64,000 bases of DNA from a virus. A model generated the notes under the pieces. It ran no database searches. It was not told the origin of the DNA and saw only the letters and a list, made by a program, of their open reading frames with translations. The first letter of the stretch is position 1; the number at the start of each line of letters is the position of its first letter. Shown in pieces: positions 39,995-50,138 of this stretch. The position numbers and the translations under genes were made by a program. The stretch lies in the IMG/VR virus record IMGVR_UViG_3300030102_006951, positions 64,001 to 128,000 of that record. The stretch is one strand, 5' to 3'.

Positions 39995-40710
39995 GATTGT
40001 ATTTTTTTATATGGTGTCATATTTCTTATTTTAATGGCGATATCATTAACAAGTGCTAAGTCTACCTTGTGGTCATTAAGTGGATTTTCTTCATTATAAA
40101 TATAATTGATATCATCCATAAATTTATAGTGTTCTTGTCCAGCCATTTCTAGCATTGGGTACATGAATGATAAATCACCAGTTACTTTCCAATATACACC
40201 ATTTTCATCTTTTAAATCGTCTTGCTTTATATTTCTCCACAGAAATGTTCTCCACGTTCTTATATGTGACGCTGTAAATCTAGACTTGCGTAAGTTAGGT
40301 GTGATAATTTGTTCTGAAGAAAATCCAGGATTTCCATTAGAATATCTGAAGCTGCCGTTGGCAATCCATACTTCTGGGTCTGAATAGACCTCAGCTATTC
40401 TAGAAAGTGTTTTAGAATCTGGTAACCAATCGTCACCATCAACCTCAACGATTACTTCGTCATCAGAAATTTTGTCGTTATATCTAATAACTTGGTCATA
40501 ATTACCTGGTTGGTATAATTTTTCCTTATTCTCTATAAGAATGAATCTATCGTCACCATTAATCATGTTTTTAACTTTATCTACAGACCCATCAGTACTG
40601 ATATCATCCGTAATATAACATGTGAAACCTTTATAATTTTGGCCCATAAGTGAGCTAATACATTTTTCAACATAATCTTCTGCATTATATAATGTTGTAA
40701 TTATTATCAT
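39991..40710 (-). CDS. GT2 glycosyltransferase
   Basis: YNAEDY, DDISTDGS, VDGDDWL. Confidence 0.88.
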   Translation of the reverse strand: MIIITTLYNAEDYVEKCISSLMGQNYKGFTCYITDDISTDGSVDKVKNMINGDDRFILIENKEKLYQPGNYDQVIRYNDKISDDEVIVEVDGDDWLPDSKTLSRIAEVYSDPEVWIANGSFRYSNGNPGFSSEQIITPNLRKSRFTASHIRTWRTFLWRNIKQDDLKDENGVYWKVTGDLSFMYPMLEMAGQEHYKFMDDINYIYNEENPLNDHKVDLALVNDIAIKIRNMTPYKKIQS

Positions 40711-41501
40711 AATTCTAAAACTTTAACCCACTCTTTAATGATTTCTTCATTCGTTAAATCTTTAGTGTCGTGGTTAGTTGCGTGATTACCAAAAAATTTA
40801 GTGCCATTAGTTTCGCACTCGTCCTTAACCAGGCTGGCTACTTCTGATTTAGAAGAAAGGTAAACAGCGTCTATCATATTGTACATCTTTTCTTTATCAG
40901 ATATAAACCCATATTCAATTATCTTGTCTTTATTGTCTTCTATTATTGGTTTTACTTCGTTTTCATAAAATTGTTGGTCTGTTACATTACCAAATATATA
41001 TACTTTATCATACCCGTCATTAATTGCTCTAAGGATTGATATATGTGTTTGTTTGTTTTTATCTATTGAACCAATAACTCCAGCGCATTTATCAGCACCT
41101 TCTTCCTTAATGCTATTGGGTAGTGGTTCTTTTAAATTTGGTATTGTTACATAAGAACCCGTATATGCACTATGGTATTTTCTTTGTTTTTCATTAAGAA
41201 AAATACATTCATCCCAAAACGGAACAACTCTACTAACTTCATATACGTCTTTTTCGTGACAATTTAAGACTACTTTTTTAACTGGTGGTCTATCTGGTAA
41301 AGCTAAGAAGTGTATGATAAGTGTGTCATCAGGTTCTGGTTTAAAATTATCCAATTTATCTGATTTACACTTATCTAAGTGCCAATCATGCGGACCATAC
41401 ATTTTAGCTTCGTATCCAGCGTCATTTAATGCGTTTGTTAGTCGTATAAATGCAAATGTGGAACCACCTTTATTACTCCAACCAGTAAGTATTTTTATCA
41501 T
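40707..41501 (-). CDS. GT-B-like glycosyltransferase
   Basis: GGSTFAF, IGSIDKNKQ, YLSSKSEVASLVKDE (divergent E-x7-E). Confidence 0.65.
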   Translation of the reverse strand: MIKILTGWSNKGGSTFAFIRLTNALNDAGYEAKMYGPHDWHLDKCKSDKLDNFKPEPDDTLIIHFLALPDRPPVKKVVLNCHEKDVYEVSRVVPFWDECIFLNEKQRKYHSAYTGSYVTIPNLKEPLPNSIKEEGADKCAGVIGSIDKNKQTHISILRAINDGYDKVYIFGNVTDQQFYENEVKPIIEDNKDKIIEYGFISDKEKMYNMIDAVYLSSKSEVASLVKDECETNGTKFFGNHATNHDTKDLTNEEIIKEWVKVLEL

Positions 41502-42583
41502 GATAAAACTTTTTGATATACGTTTATTATTTCTTCAATATCGCCATCCACAGTAACGCAAGGTAATTCTGGATATAATTTTTTAAGGTCAGATGTTTTT
41601 TCAGTATCTGTGGTGTGTGTTAAATGGAATTTTACCTCACTCATTCTATATAACTTATTTGGTTCTGAAGTTACAGGTCCGTTGGGTGTGTTTACACCCC
41701 ATTTTCCATCTCCAATTCTGTAACCTGGGGGTTCGTTTATTGGTACGAATTTAACTCGCTTAAACATTAGTCTTTTAAAGTTGTTTTTATCCGAATCTAA
41801 TATAGGGGTTGAAACAGTGACATTATGTTTATCTTTTTTAAGTTTATCAACTAATTCAATAGTTTCACCAATACTGCTACCGACAACTAAAACGTTGTAT
41901 TTTTCCTTTCCAGTGAATACTTTATCTATTTTTACTGGTAAGTTTTCTTTAAACTTATTAGCGAACTCTTTTCTGTTGTCTTCCCATTCTTGATTTGTTT
42001 CACCAACCGATTTATGATTTACTCTAACATTAGTATGAACTCCAATTTTAACCCCAGATAAATAATTTCTGAAACAAAAATCTACATCATAAAAATGAAA
42101 CCCCTTAACATTTAAATCAAAGTCTTTATTTATTCTACCTCTATGAACACTAAAAAAAACTCCATCTACAATAACAACTTCAGTTATTTCATTTCCTAAA
42201 TCTTCACTATATGAAGATAACCAGGTTTTTCCATTTGATGTATGTGCCACCTTACCATACATTTTTTTCCTATCATCCCACCACCTTCCGCTTTCACTCA
42301 TGTATTTAGTTCCAGCAACTCCAATTATCCCAAATTCTGGATTGTCTTCAAAAAGCTTGGTTATTTTTTTGGCTATTTGTTTGGTTTCAATTGTTATGTC
42401 ATCATGACAAAAAACAATGATATCATTTTTAGCTTCCTTAATCGCTTTATGATAGTATTTTGTTAACCCTTCACCTTTGTTTATATATTCTATTATCTCA
42501 ACTTTTGGGTTACCACATGCTTTTGATAAATGCTCCTTATGTTCTGGTTTAGATTCTTTTGTACAATAAACTATACTAATCAT
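41498..42583 (-). CDS. GT-A-like glycosyltransferase with a C-terminal extension
   Basis: IVFCHDD, GIIGVAG, VDGVF, FHFYDVDF. Confidence 0.8.
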   Translation of the reverse strand: MISIVYCTKESKPEHKEHLSKACGNPKVEIIEYINKGEGLTKYYHKAIKEAKNDIIVFCHDDITIETKQIAKKITKLFEDNPEFGIIGVAGTKYMSESGRWWDDRKKMYGKVAHTSNGKTWLSSYSEDLGNEITEVVIVDGVFFSVHRGRINKDFDLNVKGFHFYDVDFCFRNYLSGVKIGVHTNVRVNHKSVGETNQEWEDNRKEFANKFKENLPVKIDKVFTGKEKYNVLVVGSSIGETIELVDKLKKDKHNVTVSTPILDSDKNNFKRLMFKRVKFVPINEPPGYRIGDGKWGVNTPNGPVTSEPNKLYRMSEVKFHLTHTTDTEKTSDLKKLYPELPCVTVDGDIEEIINVYQKVLS

Positions 42584-43263
42584 TTTATAATATTTTTATA
42601 TTTTTCATTATATATTTTTAATGCCTCTTCATAAAATTTTATTTCACCTGAAAGTAAATCCTCTAATTTATTCTTATCTTCTTCGATTATTTCTTTTTTA
42701 TTCTTGGTTTTATTAGTCGTTTGATATTTTGGAATCCAATTATTAGTTACACAACACAAATCAATAAATTCATTATAATTTTCAGTAAACCCAAAAATAA
42801 ATTTATCGTCTTTAATATTTTTTAATGCAATTTGTAATTTAGATTCATAAGGTAGGTCTTTTGGTGCACCAGAAACATGATTTAATTGATAAAATAATTG
42901 ACTTGTGTCTTCATTGAACCAGTCTATAATATTTTTGTTTTCATTTATCCAACCTCTGTCTATTGCGTATCGGTATGCTGAAATGGTTCTGGAAACTGGA
43001 TGTCTAAGCATAGCAATATATTGATAGTCTTTAGTTTTAAGGTATTCGTGTAGGCCATAAGTGAAGTGTTCCGAAAATAAATCATAGTGTTCTAGGGTTG
43101 CCATTCCATTTGGTTCTGATTCTAAAAATTTACCAATGTCTTTGACATCGGTTAAGTACCATAATTTACCATAACCCCAATAATGTTTTTTAATATTTGA
43201 TTCTAGAAAGTGTCTAAAGCTAGTTCCAGCGGTTTTACCTATATGTAAAAATATATGTTTCAA
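42580..43263 (-). CDS. sulfotransferase family protein
   Basis: FLHIGKTAGTS (5'-PSB loop) and LRHPVSRTISAY (3'-PB); TTG start. Confidence 0.82.
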   Translation of the reverse strand: MKHIFLHIGKTAGTSFRHFLESNIKKHYWGYGKLWYLTDVKDIGKFLESEPNGMATLEHYDLFSEHFTYGLHEYLKTKDYQYIAMLRHPVSRTISAYRYAIDRGWINENKNIIDWFNEDTSQLFYQLNHVSGAPKDLPYESKLQIALKNIKDDKFIFGFTENYNEFIDLCCVTNNWIPKYQTTNKTKNKKEIIEEDKNKLEDLLSGEIKFYEEALKIYNEKYKNIIK

Positions 43264-43427
43264 GATTTATTTTTATTAAACTTTATGGTTTTCAATTCAT
43301 TAACTAAGTTTTTAAGTTCTTTTTTTAAACCAGATAGTGTCCAACCATCATAGTATTCCCCCATAGCAATTTCAGTTTTCAACCATGAAATTCTTTTTTT
43401 AATTTTTTCTATCCTTTCTTTTATCAT
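43260..43427 (-). CDS. small hypothetical protein (55 aa)
   Basis: Manual translation MIKERIEKIKKRISWLKTEIAMGEYYDGWTLSGLKKELK...; its TGA overlaps the next TTG start. Confidence 0.55.
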   Translation of the reverse strand: MIKERIEKIKKRISWLKTEIAMGEYYDGWTLSGLKKELKNLVNELKTIKFNKNKS

Positions 43428-43557
43428 ACCTTAAATTTAAAAAATAATTTCTAATTTTAGAACCTAAATCCTGGTCATTCGGGTATTCCTTAACTAAGTT
43501 TATTAAATCTTTTAAGTGCTCTTTCTCAGTTTTTTTTAATTTATACATTATACTCAT
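43399..43557 (-). CDS. small hypothetical protein (52 aa)
   Basis: Manual translation MSIMYKLKK..LVKEYPNDQDLGSKIR.. Confidence 0.55.
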   Translation of the reverse strand: MSIMYKLKKTEKEHLKDLINLVKEYPNDQDLGSKIRNYFLNLRYDKRKDRKN

Positions 43558-43559
43558 TT

Positions 43560-44627
43560 TTATTTATTAAATCTTTTAAACGAATTATCACTAATTCTTA
43601 TAATATTTGCTTTATTAACAAATTCCTCTAGTGTATTTGAATCTGAATAACTCATTGCTGAACGTAAATATGACTTAAAATTATCAACCCAACCACTGAG
43701 AGTGTATTCTATCTTTCTATATGTGACTATACCTTCAGATGTTTTTAATACGGCATTTCCCCACTTTCTTTGAACCTCTTTTGTACTCATCCCTCTGAAC
43801 TTTTTGTACACTGGTATTGAGATATCTCTACATTTTTTAGCACCATATTGAGTTATGGGTACTCTTCTGAATATATAATTTTTACCACATGACTCTAAGG
43901 CTTTATTAAAAATACTACCAATCATTACATAATCAGCACCAAGAGCTAGAGCTTTTATTACGTCTGAATAGTTTTTCATACCCCCATCGGCAACTATTTT
44001 AGCTGGGTTGTCTAAGCTCAATGATTTATAGTAACACTCTCTAACTAGACTAGCCATTGGGAACCCAACGCCAGTTTGCTGTGTTGTTAAACATCCACCA
44101 CCATTTCCTATACCCACTCTTATATAGTCAGCCCCAGCATTTGATAATAAACCATACGTTTCAGGGTTGGCTACATTGCCTACCATTAATAATAATTTAT
44201 CACCCCATATTTCTTTTGATTTAGACACTGATTCAACCATTTCTTTGGTATGACCATTTGCAGTATCTATTAACACCTTAAATTGTGTTGGTGGGGTAGT
44301 GGATGATTTTATATATGACTCTAAAATTTTTTCTCTTATTATAAATGTGTTTATAAACTCCTTAAGTGAGTATGATTTAAAACTTGAATCGTTACCTTCT
44401 TCACCTCTTGGTAAACATATATTAATACCTAGCTCTTCAAATTTTTTGTAGTTGGTGTTATCAATAACGGTATCCATTGGTGCGGTGAATAATGGTAATT
44501 TACCATTTTCATCTATAATATTTATTCTAGACCTAGTACTAATATCACTTACTTTAGATGGTTCTATTAATACATCATTAAAATCTAATTTTAATGTATT
44601 CTCATTAAAAAAAGTATTCAAACCCAT
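43560..44627 (-). CDS. GMP reductase / IMPDH-family oxidoreductase
   Basis: [57 protein letters not shown]; no CBS insert. Start moved to 44627. Confidence 0.85.
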   Translation of the reverse strand: MGLNTFFNENTLKLDFNDVLIEPSKVSDISTRSRINIIDENGKLPLFTAPMDTVIDNTNYKKFEELGINICLPRGEEGNDSSFKSYSLKEFINTFIIREKILESYIKSSTTPPTQFKVLIDTANGHTKEMVESVSKSKEIWGDKLLLMVGNVANPETYGLLSNAGADYIRVGIGNGGGCLTTQQTGVGFPMASLVRECYYKSLSLDNPAKIVADGGMKNYSDVIKALALGADYVMIGSIFNKALESCGKNYIFRRVPITQYGAKKCRDISIPVYKKFRGMSTKEVQRKWGNAVLKTSEGIVTYRKIEYTLSGWVDNFKSYLRSAMSYSDSNTLEEFVNKANIIRISDNSFKRFNK

Positions 44628-44634
44628 ATGTTTT

Positions 44635-45237
44635 TTATTTAATTCCTGTTGAGCCAAATCCACCATCACCTCTATTTGTTTGATTTAGGCTTTCAACCTT
44701 TGTAAAATTTACTAATGTCTTTCCCACCAAGCTCGATAAGACACCTTGAGCTATTCTATCACCATTTTCAATTATAAATGGTTCTTTACCATGATTTATA
44801 AGTATAATCATAACTTCACCTCTGTAGTCAGAATCTATAGTTCCTGGTGAATTTAATACTGTAACACCGTGTTTTGCCGCTAAACCACTTCTGGGTCTTA
44901 CCTGTAATTCCAAGTGTGTTGGTAGTTCAAAGTAAAGACCTGTTGATATCATTGTTTTTTCACCTGGTCCTAGTGTTACTACTTCATTTATATTAGCCCT
45001 GAAATCAAATCCAGCTGACCCCTCTGTAGAATATTCTGGGTCTGGGTTATTTGATTTATTAATAAATTTAATAGAGTATCCAATACTGAATTCATTTTTT
45101 GTTACATCGGTTTCTGGTAAGATATACTTATCTAATTGTGAATACTGTTTAGTGAATTCATCTAAATTATACCCGCCTTCTTCATTTATCGCTTTTAATA
45201 AATTTTCAAGCATTTCAATTTCCTTAAAATCTGACAT
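44635..45237 (-). CDS. dut: trimeric dUTPase
   Basis: [38 protein letters not shown]. Confidence 0.95.
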   Translation of the reverse strand: MSDFKEIEMLENLLKAINEEGGYNLDEFTKQYSQLDKYILPETDVTKNEFSIGYSIKFINKSNNPDPEYSTEGSAGFDFRANINEVVTLGPGEKTMISTGLYFELPTHLELQVRPRSGLAAKHGVTVLNSPGTIDSDYRGEVMIILINHGKEPFIIENGDRIAQGVLSSLVGKTLVNFTKVESLNQTNRGDGGFGSTGIK

Positions 45238-45254
45238 ATAATATATTAATTATG

Positions 45255-45809
45255 TTATTTTTCTGACATTATTGCGACCATGTTTGCAGTTCTTAATAAT
45301 GCGGATAATTTTTCACCTAAAGTTGTCATTGGTCTTTGTGAAAAATCGCTATTATAGTTATATATTGCAAAAACCTCATCTTCGTTTAAATTTATACCAC
45401 ATTTAAGTGCATAGTAAATTGAACGCTCAGCTGTAGACATACTTAATAGTTCGTCATTAAATGTATACATTTCTCCTCTATTATCTTTATGCCACTTAGA
45501 TGTTTGTTCTGAATACATTTTAGCTTTACCAATTTGGTGAATTAAACACACCCTAATTATGTTTTCTGAGCTAACTTGCTTATCTTCTGGCAAAGCCTCA
45601 TTAATATTTAAAGCGTACTTAGTTGTGTTCAATATGTGTTGTATTAAACCACCATCATAGGCACCGTAAAGGTTTGTTGTTGTAGTGCATGGAGCATCAA
45701 TAAACTCTTTTCCGAGCATATTCATTAAATCGTCATTTACGACATCGTATTTAAGTCCAGTATCATTAAATTTTTTTGCGTTTTTTAAAATTTTTTCTTT
45801 TGATAACAT
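45255..45809 (-). CDS. HD-fold-like protein with a degenerate HD motif
   Basis: AP....GAYDGGLIQH and LIHQIGK (HD replaced by HQ). Confidence 0.55.
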   Translation of the reverse strand: MLSKEKILKNAKKFNDTGLKYDVVNDDLMNMLGKEFIDAPCTTTTNLYGAYDGGLIQHILNTTKYALNINEALPEDKQVSSENIIRVCLIHQIGKAKMYSEQTSKWHKDNRGEMYTFNDELLSMSTAERSIYYALKCGINLNEDEVFAIYNYNSDFSQRPMTTLGEKLSALLRTANMVAIMSEK

Positions 45810-45832
45810 AAATATTTTTTTTAATTATTTGT

Positions 45833-46180
45833 TTAAACAGGAATGTGTTCTTTTAATGGGCCAACAACAACATTTGTTATTTTTCCTTCAGAATCTAATG
45901 TGACTCCAGTTCTATTTTTAAAAGATTCTTCTAAAGATTCACTATTTTTTTCGATTATTGCGTTTTTCTTAGCTTCTTCCTTTAAGTTATTCATCTTCTC
46001 TTTTAATTCGTTCTTAACTCTAGATTCAACATTGTCTATTTCATCTATTTTTTTCATGATATCGTGAGCCCTCGTCATATCACCTGTTTTATCATTGGTT
46101 TTGTTGTCTTCAACAACATCATCTTTTAAGTATTCTGCTATAAAGTCAAATACTAAATTTAGTTTTTCTTTTTTATTCAT
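45833..46180 (-). CDS. hypothetical protein
   Basis: ORF track; start moved to ATG 46180. Confidence 0.6.
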   Translation of the reverse strand: MNKKEKLNLVFDFIAEYLKDDVVEDNKTNDKTGDMTRAHDIMKKIDEIDNVESRVKNELKEKMNNLKEEAKKNAIIEKNSESLEESFKNRTGVTLDSEGKITNVVVGPLKEHIPV

Positions 46181-46202
46181 AAACACAAATTTAAAACAAT
46201 TT

Positions 46203-47483
46203 TTAAGATATTGCAACTTTTGCAACACTCGATTTTTTATTTTTTAATATATTAATATATAAATTTTTCCTATTTTCAGTCACGGCATCAATACTATATT
46301 TGTCTTTAACTGTATCGTTTAACTTACTACTTAGTTCAGTAACCAATTCTGGATTTTCAATCAATCTTTTTATGTTTCTAAACCAGTCTTTATGATTTTT
46401 ATTAGACTTGACCAACAACGCATTTCCCATTGGGTTTACTGGTAGGTTGTGTTGTCCTTTTTCTGGTTTATCATAGTAGTTAAATAAGTCTAGTTGATAT
46501 GGCCCAAAGTCTTGCGCAATAATAGCCTTATTATGAAAACCAGCTTCAATAACTTTTAATTGTGACTTAACCTTGTTAAAAGTATGTTCTTCAAGTGGTG
46601 CTAAAGATACATCAAATAAGTTATAATTTGTGGCATATGTGGAAATTGGTTTAGTCCATACTCTTCTATATGATTCATTTTCAACTCCGTCATATTCATC
46701 TTGTTTAAAACTAAGCAAATGTTTTCTATATTCATCACTAACTATAGAGTAATTATCTGTAAATATTTTTTCATACTGATACCAAACACTTTCTTTTGGT
46801 TGTATTGGCCTTTGTTTTCTTTTTCCAGTTTTTTCATCAATCATTGTTACTGAACCCCTTAAGTCGAAACCACATAATACTAATTGTATTTTGTCTATTA
46901 ATTTACTTGATTTTAATTGTCCAACAAAATTACCTAATAATTGTAGGTCTTTTAAGTGGCTACTACCTCCTAGCCATCCTATTCTTAATTTGTCTGAGGG
47001 TTCTGATTTTGGTTTATATTGTTTTTCTTTAGGGTCGATTGCGTTTGGTAAAACAAATACGTTTTCATTGTATTTTTTAATTTCATCAGCAAACAGTGGT
47101 GTTGTAGTTATTATATTTCTAGCCACTTTAATATTATTTAAAATATTTTTATCCATTCCAGATTGTTTAATCAATAGATAGGCTGGGTGGTGTTTCCCTG
47201 GAGACCAGTGGTCATCGATATCCATAAATGTTTTGATTCCCAATTTATCACACCTTTCTAATACGCTTTCGACTTTATCAAATGGGCCCAAGCTTCTATG
47301 ATAATGAATTATATCGTATTTTTTTAAAAAATTATCATCATTAATTTTTGGTTCATAATCTATGTCAATATGAAATTTATCTGGATAATTATTTTCTAGT
47401 GTGATGTGTGGTTTTGTTGAGCGGAAATAACCAACCCCTGTTCTGTCTGACGGTACTACTAATACCTTAATTTTTTTACTCAT
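46203..47483 (-). CDS. GT-B glycosyltransferase
   Basis: GVGYFR, MDIDDHW, VLPNAID, IGWLGGSSHLKDL, APL..FNKVKSQLKVIEAG. Confidence 0.85.
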   Translation of the reverse strand: MSKKIKVLVVPSDRTGVGYFRSTKPHITLENNYPDKFHIDIDYEPKINDDNFLKKYDIIHYHRSLGPFDKVESVLERCDKLGIKTFMDIDDHWSPGKHHPAYLLIKQSGMDKNILNNIKVARNIITTTPLFADEIKKYNENVFVLPNAIDPKEKQYKPKSEPSDKLRIGWLGGSSHLKDLQLLGNFVGQLKSSKLIDKIQLVLCGFDLRGSVTMIDEKTGKRKQRPIQPKESVWYQYEKIFTDNYSIVSDEYRKHLLSFKQDEYDGVENESYRRVWTKPISTYATNYNLFDVSLAPLEEHTFNKVKSQLKVIEAGFHNKAIIAQDFGPYQLDLFNYYDKPEKGQHNLPVNPMGNALLVKSNKNHKDWFRNIKRLIENPELVTELSSKLNDTVKDKYSIDAVTENRKNLYINILKNKKSSVAKVAIS

Positions 47484-47518
47484 ATACTTACTAGTTAAAA
47501 CTTTTATAATTATAGTTA

Positions 47519-47547
47519 AGTATAGATATAAAATTTATAAATGTAAA
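47519..47547 (-). promoter_or_regulatory. sigma70-like promoter heading the metabolic/glycan block
   Basis: TTTACA-N17-TATACT; on the - strand it follows a stem-loop at 47553-47576. Confidence 0.5.
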
Positions 47548-47601
47548 TGATAAAGGCCCAGAAAAACTGAGCCTTAAATTTTATATAATTAATTATTATA
47601 T

Positions 47602-48168
47602 TTATTTACTTCTTTTTGTTTTAATTTTACCTTCTTTAACTAAAGTATTAATAGTTTTTTTAATAACACTTTCGCTTATATTTTTACTATAGTCTACTGA
47701 CAAATATTCAATTAAAACATCTTTAATCATGTCTCTTAATCCAGACTTACTTATTGTAATCATATCACCGTTAACGATACTCTCATTTACGTTTTTATTG
47801 TTAGTCTGCATTGGTTTTTCGTTAATTAAATCTGAAACATCATCTAAATTGAATGTATGACCCATTGTTGGTTGTTTTATTGGGTTTTCTAACATTGCTT
47901 TTTTAATTTCTTCTGGCATTTTTGAATTTAAAATAGCTTCTTTATTAGGTTGTTTCATCTGTCTAGTGGCATTTCCCATTGTTTGGGCCTGAGTGCTAGT
48001 TTTTACATTTGTTTCACTAACATATCCTTCAGTGTTTTGCGTAAATGCATCACCATTAACATTTCCCGTTTCATAATTACCGTTATCTACTTTATTCATA
48101 ACAGCTTTAGCGCTACCAAGTATATTTTTTAACTTTGTCAAATCCGCTGGTGGTGGAACTCCATTCAT
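47602..48168 (-). CDS. hypothetical protein
   Basis: ORF track; INE/VNE/ISE motifs. Confidence 0.7.
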   Translation of the reverse strand: MNGVPPPADLTKLKNILGSAKAVMNKVDNGNYETGNVNGDAFTQNTEGYVSETNVKTSTQAQTMGNATRQMKQPNKEAILNSKMPEEIKKAMLENPIKQPTMGHTFNLDDVSDLINEKPMQTNNKNVNESIVNGDMITISKSGLRDMIKDVLIEYLSVDYSKNISESVIKKTINTLVKEGKIKTKRSK

Positions 48169-48188
48169 AATACTTTTTTTTTTAATTA

Positions 48189-48617
48189 TTAACTTTTATT
48201 TTCTACACCCTTTTCTAAACCGTTCATAAATGAACTGTCTTTGGTGGGGCCAACATATGGTGGTATGTTTTCACCACCTTTAATTTTATTAACTGGTTTA
48301 TACCATTTTAAGTCAGTTGGTTCTATTCTTTTAATTTTATCTATTAAGAATATTTTCCAAAACCCATTAGCTTTACCGCTAGTTGATTCACCGCTAGCTT
48401 GGAATGCTCTAATTGCTGGATTACCAGCTTTAGTTTTTCCTTTTCCATATATAAATACGTACCTCTGACTTAATGAACCGTCTTTATTTTCGTACCATAT
48501 TCTCGCTGAGCGATAAAACTTATTACCGCTTTTGGATATCTCACCATCAATCATTGAATCTATGGTACTTATATTGCTTTCTAATATAAGGCCTTTATAT
48601 ATATTGTAAAGCTTCAT
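48189..48617 (-). CDS. WYL-like domain protein
   Basis: IWY...G..SQRYV..YG.G...IRAFQ..G...WKIFLIDKI pattern. Confidence 0.55.
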   Translation of the reverse strand: MKLYNIYKGLILESNISTIDSMIDGEISKSGNKFYRSARIWYENKDGSLSQRYVFIYGKGKTKAGNPAIRAFQASGESTSGKANGFWKIFLIDKIKRIEPTDLKWYKPVNKIKGGENIPPYVGPTKDSSFMNGLEKGVENKS

Positions 48618-48624
48618 ATTTTTT

Positions 48625-48969
48625 TTATAGTACTACTTGACCAATATTTTCTGTTGTGTCAGGTGTTGTGTAATTATCTGATGGTGTGTATCCCCAGGTT
48701 GCACCGTTGTTTGCAAATGCTGCTAATCTACCAGAACCACCATAGAGTGGGTTACCGTTAATATCTACATCCCCACCACCATTATTTGTGTCTAAAAATA
48801 CACCAGTGCCTTTACCATAAATTGGTGTGACCTGGTCTGACAAGGCTTTAGTGTGTGTAGCACTGTAATTGTTTCCTGGGTCTGAGTTGTCGTAACTATT
48901 ACTTGCGATTAATGAATTTCTTTGCGATATAGCAATTTGTTCTAATCTATTACTTGTGTAATTTGGCAT
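48625..48969 (-). CDS. hypothetical, probably virion protein
   Basis: Asn/Gly/Thr-rich ORF in a late-type operon. Confidence 0.65.
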   Translation of the reverse strand: MPNYTSNRLEQIAISQRNSLIASNSYDNSDPGNNYSATHTKALSDQVTPIYGKGTGVFLDTNNGGGDVDINGNPLYGGSGRLAAFANNGATWGYTPSDNYTTPDTTENIGQVVL

Positions 48970-48971
48970 AA

Positions 48972-49442
48972 TTATAAAATTTTATTATCTTTATTGTTAT
49001 TCATATACTCTATTAAATATCTAACAGCTTCAATTTCTGACTCATATGACTCATAATATTGCAATCTATTATTCTCTATCTGGTCAGAAACCTTAGAGTG
49101 TTTACCGCTAGAGTTGATTTTGACCATGCCACCAATTTTAGTTGGATTTGCATTGTCCTTATCTTTGGTGTGTGTATCTTTAAATGCGTTACCACCCTTT
49201 TTTGAGCCAACGCCTTTGGTTTTCATTATAATTCTTTTAACACCGTCAATTTTTTTTATTTCCCCATCATGTTTAGCATTTAACCAGTTAAATATTTCTT
49301 CTTCTAATTCAGTTAAATTTTCTTTAGACTTTAACCTACTTAATCTGGTTGTTATATTATTTCCAGATATTTTATCACCTAATTCTTTTTTTAGGTTATC
49401 TGGAACAACATAATCTTTATTTATGAAATCATGATTGGGCAT
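48972..49442 (-). CDS. hypothetical protein
   Basis: ORF track. Confidence 0.7.
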   Translation of the reverse strand: MPNHDFINKDYVVPDNLKKELGDKISGNNITTRLSRLKSKENLTELEEEIFNWLNAKHDGEIKKIDGVKRIIMKTKGVGSKKGGNAFKDTHTKDKDNANPTKIGGMVKINSSGKHSKVSDQIENNRLQYYESYESEIEAVRYLIEYMNNNKDNKIL

Positions 49443-50074
49443 TACGTTATTATTTTTTTAATTTCATACTTTATTAATGTAGACATTTTTTTTAAATTAA
49501 CATTATCATTTAAACTTTTAAGTGTATGAAAAATAACGGTACCAAGTTCGTCATCCGTTAATTCAGAACCACTTATTGATGATATAAACTTGTTCATTGT
49601 TGTAATAACTTCTGGTTTATTTATCTCATCAATATCCATTATGTTATTATTATTTATGTCTTCTGGACTTGATTTATCCACTATCTCTCGACTTGAGGTA
49701 TAGTTGTTTAGTAACTCTTTTATTAAATCTTCCATTTTACCCTTAGCCTCTTCATTTTCTCTTACACCATACATTCCACCAATACCCCATGGATTACCCA
49801 TGTTTGGTCCAAACGGGTGAAACCTACTTAGTCTATTTTTAGCCATAGTTGCATAATCATCTCCAGTTGTCGGTATGTCTTCTTCATATTCCGATTCATC
49901 ATCAAAAGATTTTTGCGTGTTAGTACTTATTTGACTCACGGATGATAATTCTGGTTTATCTCCACCAAAATCACCTTCTGGTTCAAATATTTCATCAATG
50001 TCTTCGTCAACATTTTTATTATTTTTCTCTTTAGATAAATAATTTTCCTCGAATTCTTTTTTAGTGAATTTCAT
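49442..50074 (-). CDS. hypothetical protein
   Basis: ORF track; late-type motif upstream. Confidence 0.7.
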   Translation of the reverse strand: MKFTKKEFEENYLSKEKNNKNVDEDIDEIFEPEGDFGGDKPELSSVSQISTNTQKSFDDESEYEEDIPTTGDDYATMAKNRLSRFHPFGPNMGNPWGIGGMYGVRENEEAKGKMEDLIKELLNNYTSSREIVDKSSPEDINNNNIMDIDEINKPEVITTMNKFISSISGSELTDDELGTVIFHTLKSLNDNVNLKKMSTLIKYEIKKIIT

Positions 50075-50090
50075 AAATATTCTTTTTATT

Positions 50091-50120
50091 ATAAATATAA
50101 GCTAAAACCATAATATTTAT
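50091..50120. promoter_or_regulatory. back-to-back pair of ATATTTAT motifs
   Basis: - strand 50098-50091 (24 nt to the ATG at 50074) and + strand 50113-50120 (26 nt to the ATG at 50139). Confidence 0.65.
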
Positions 50121-50138
50121 ATAAAAAGATTTTTAATT

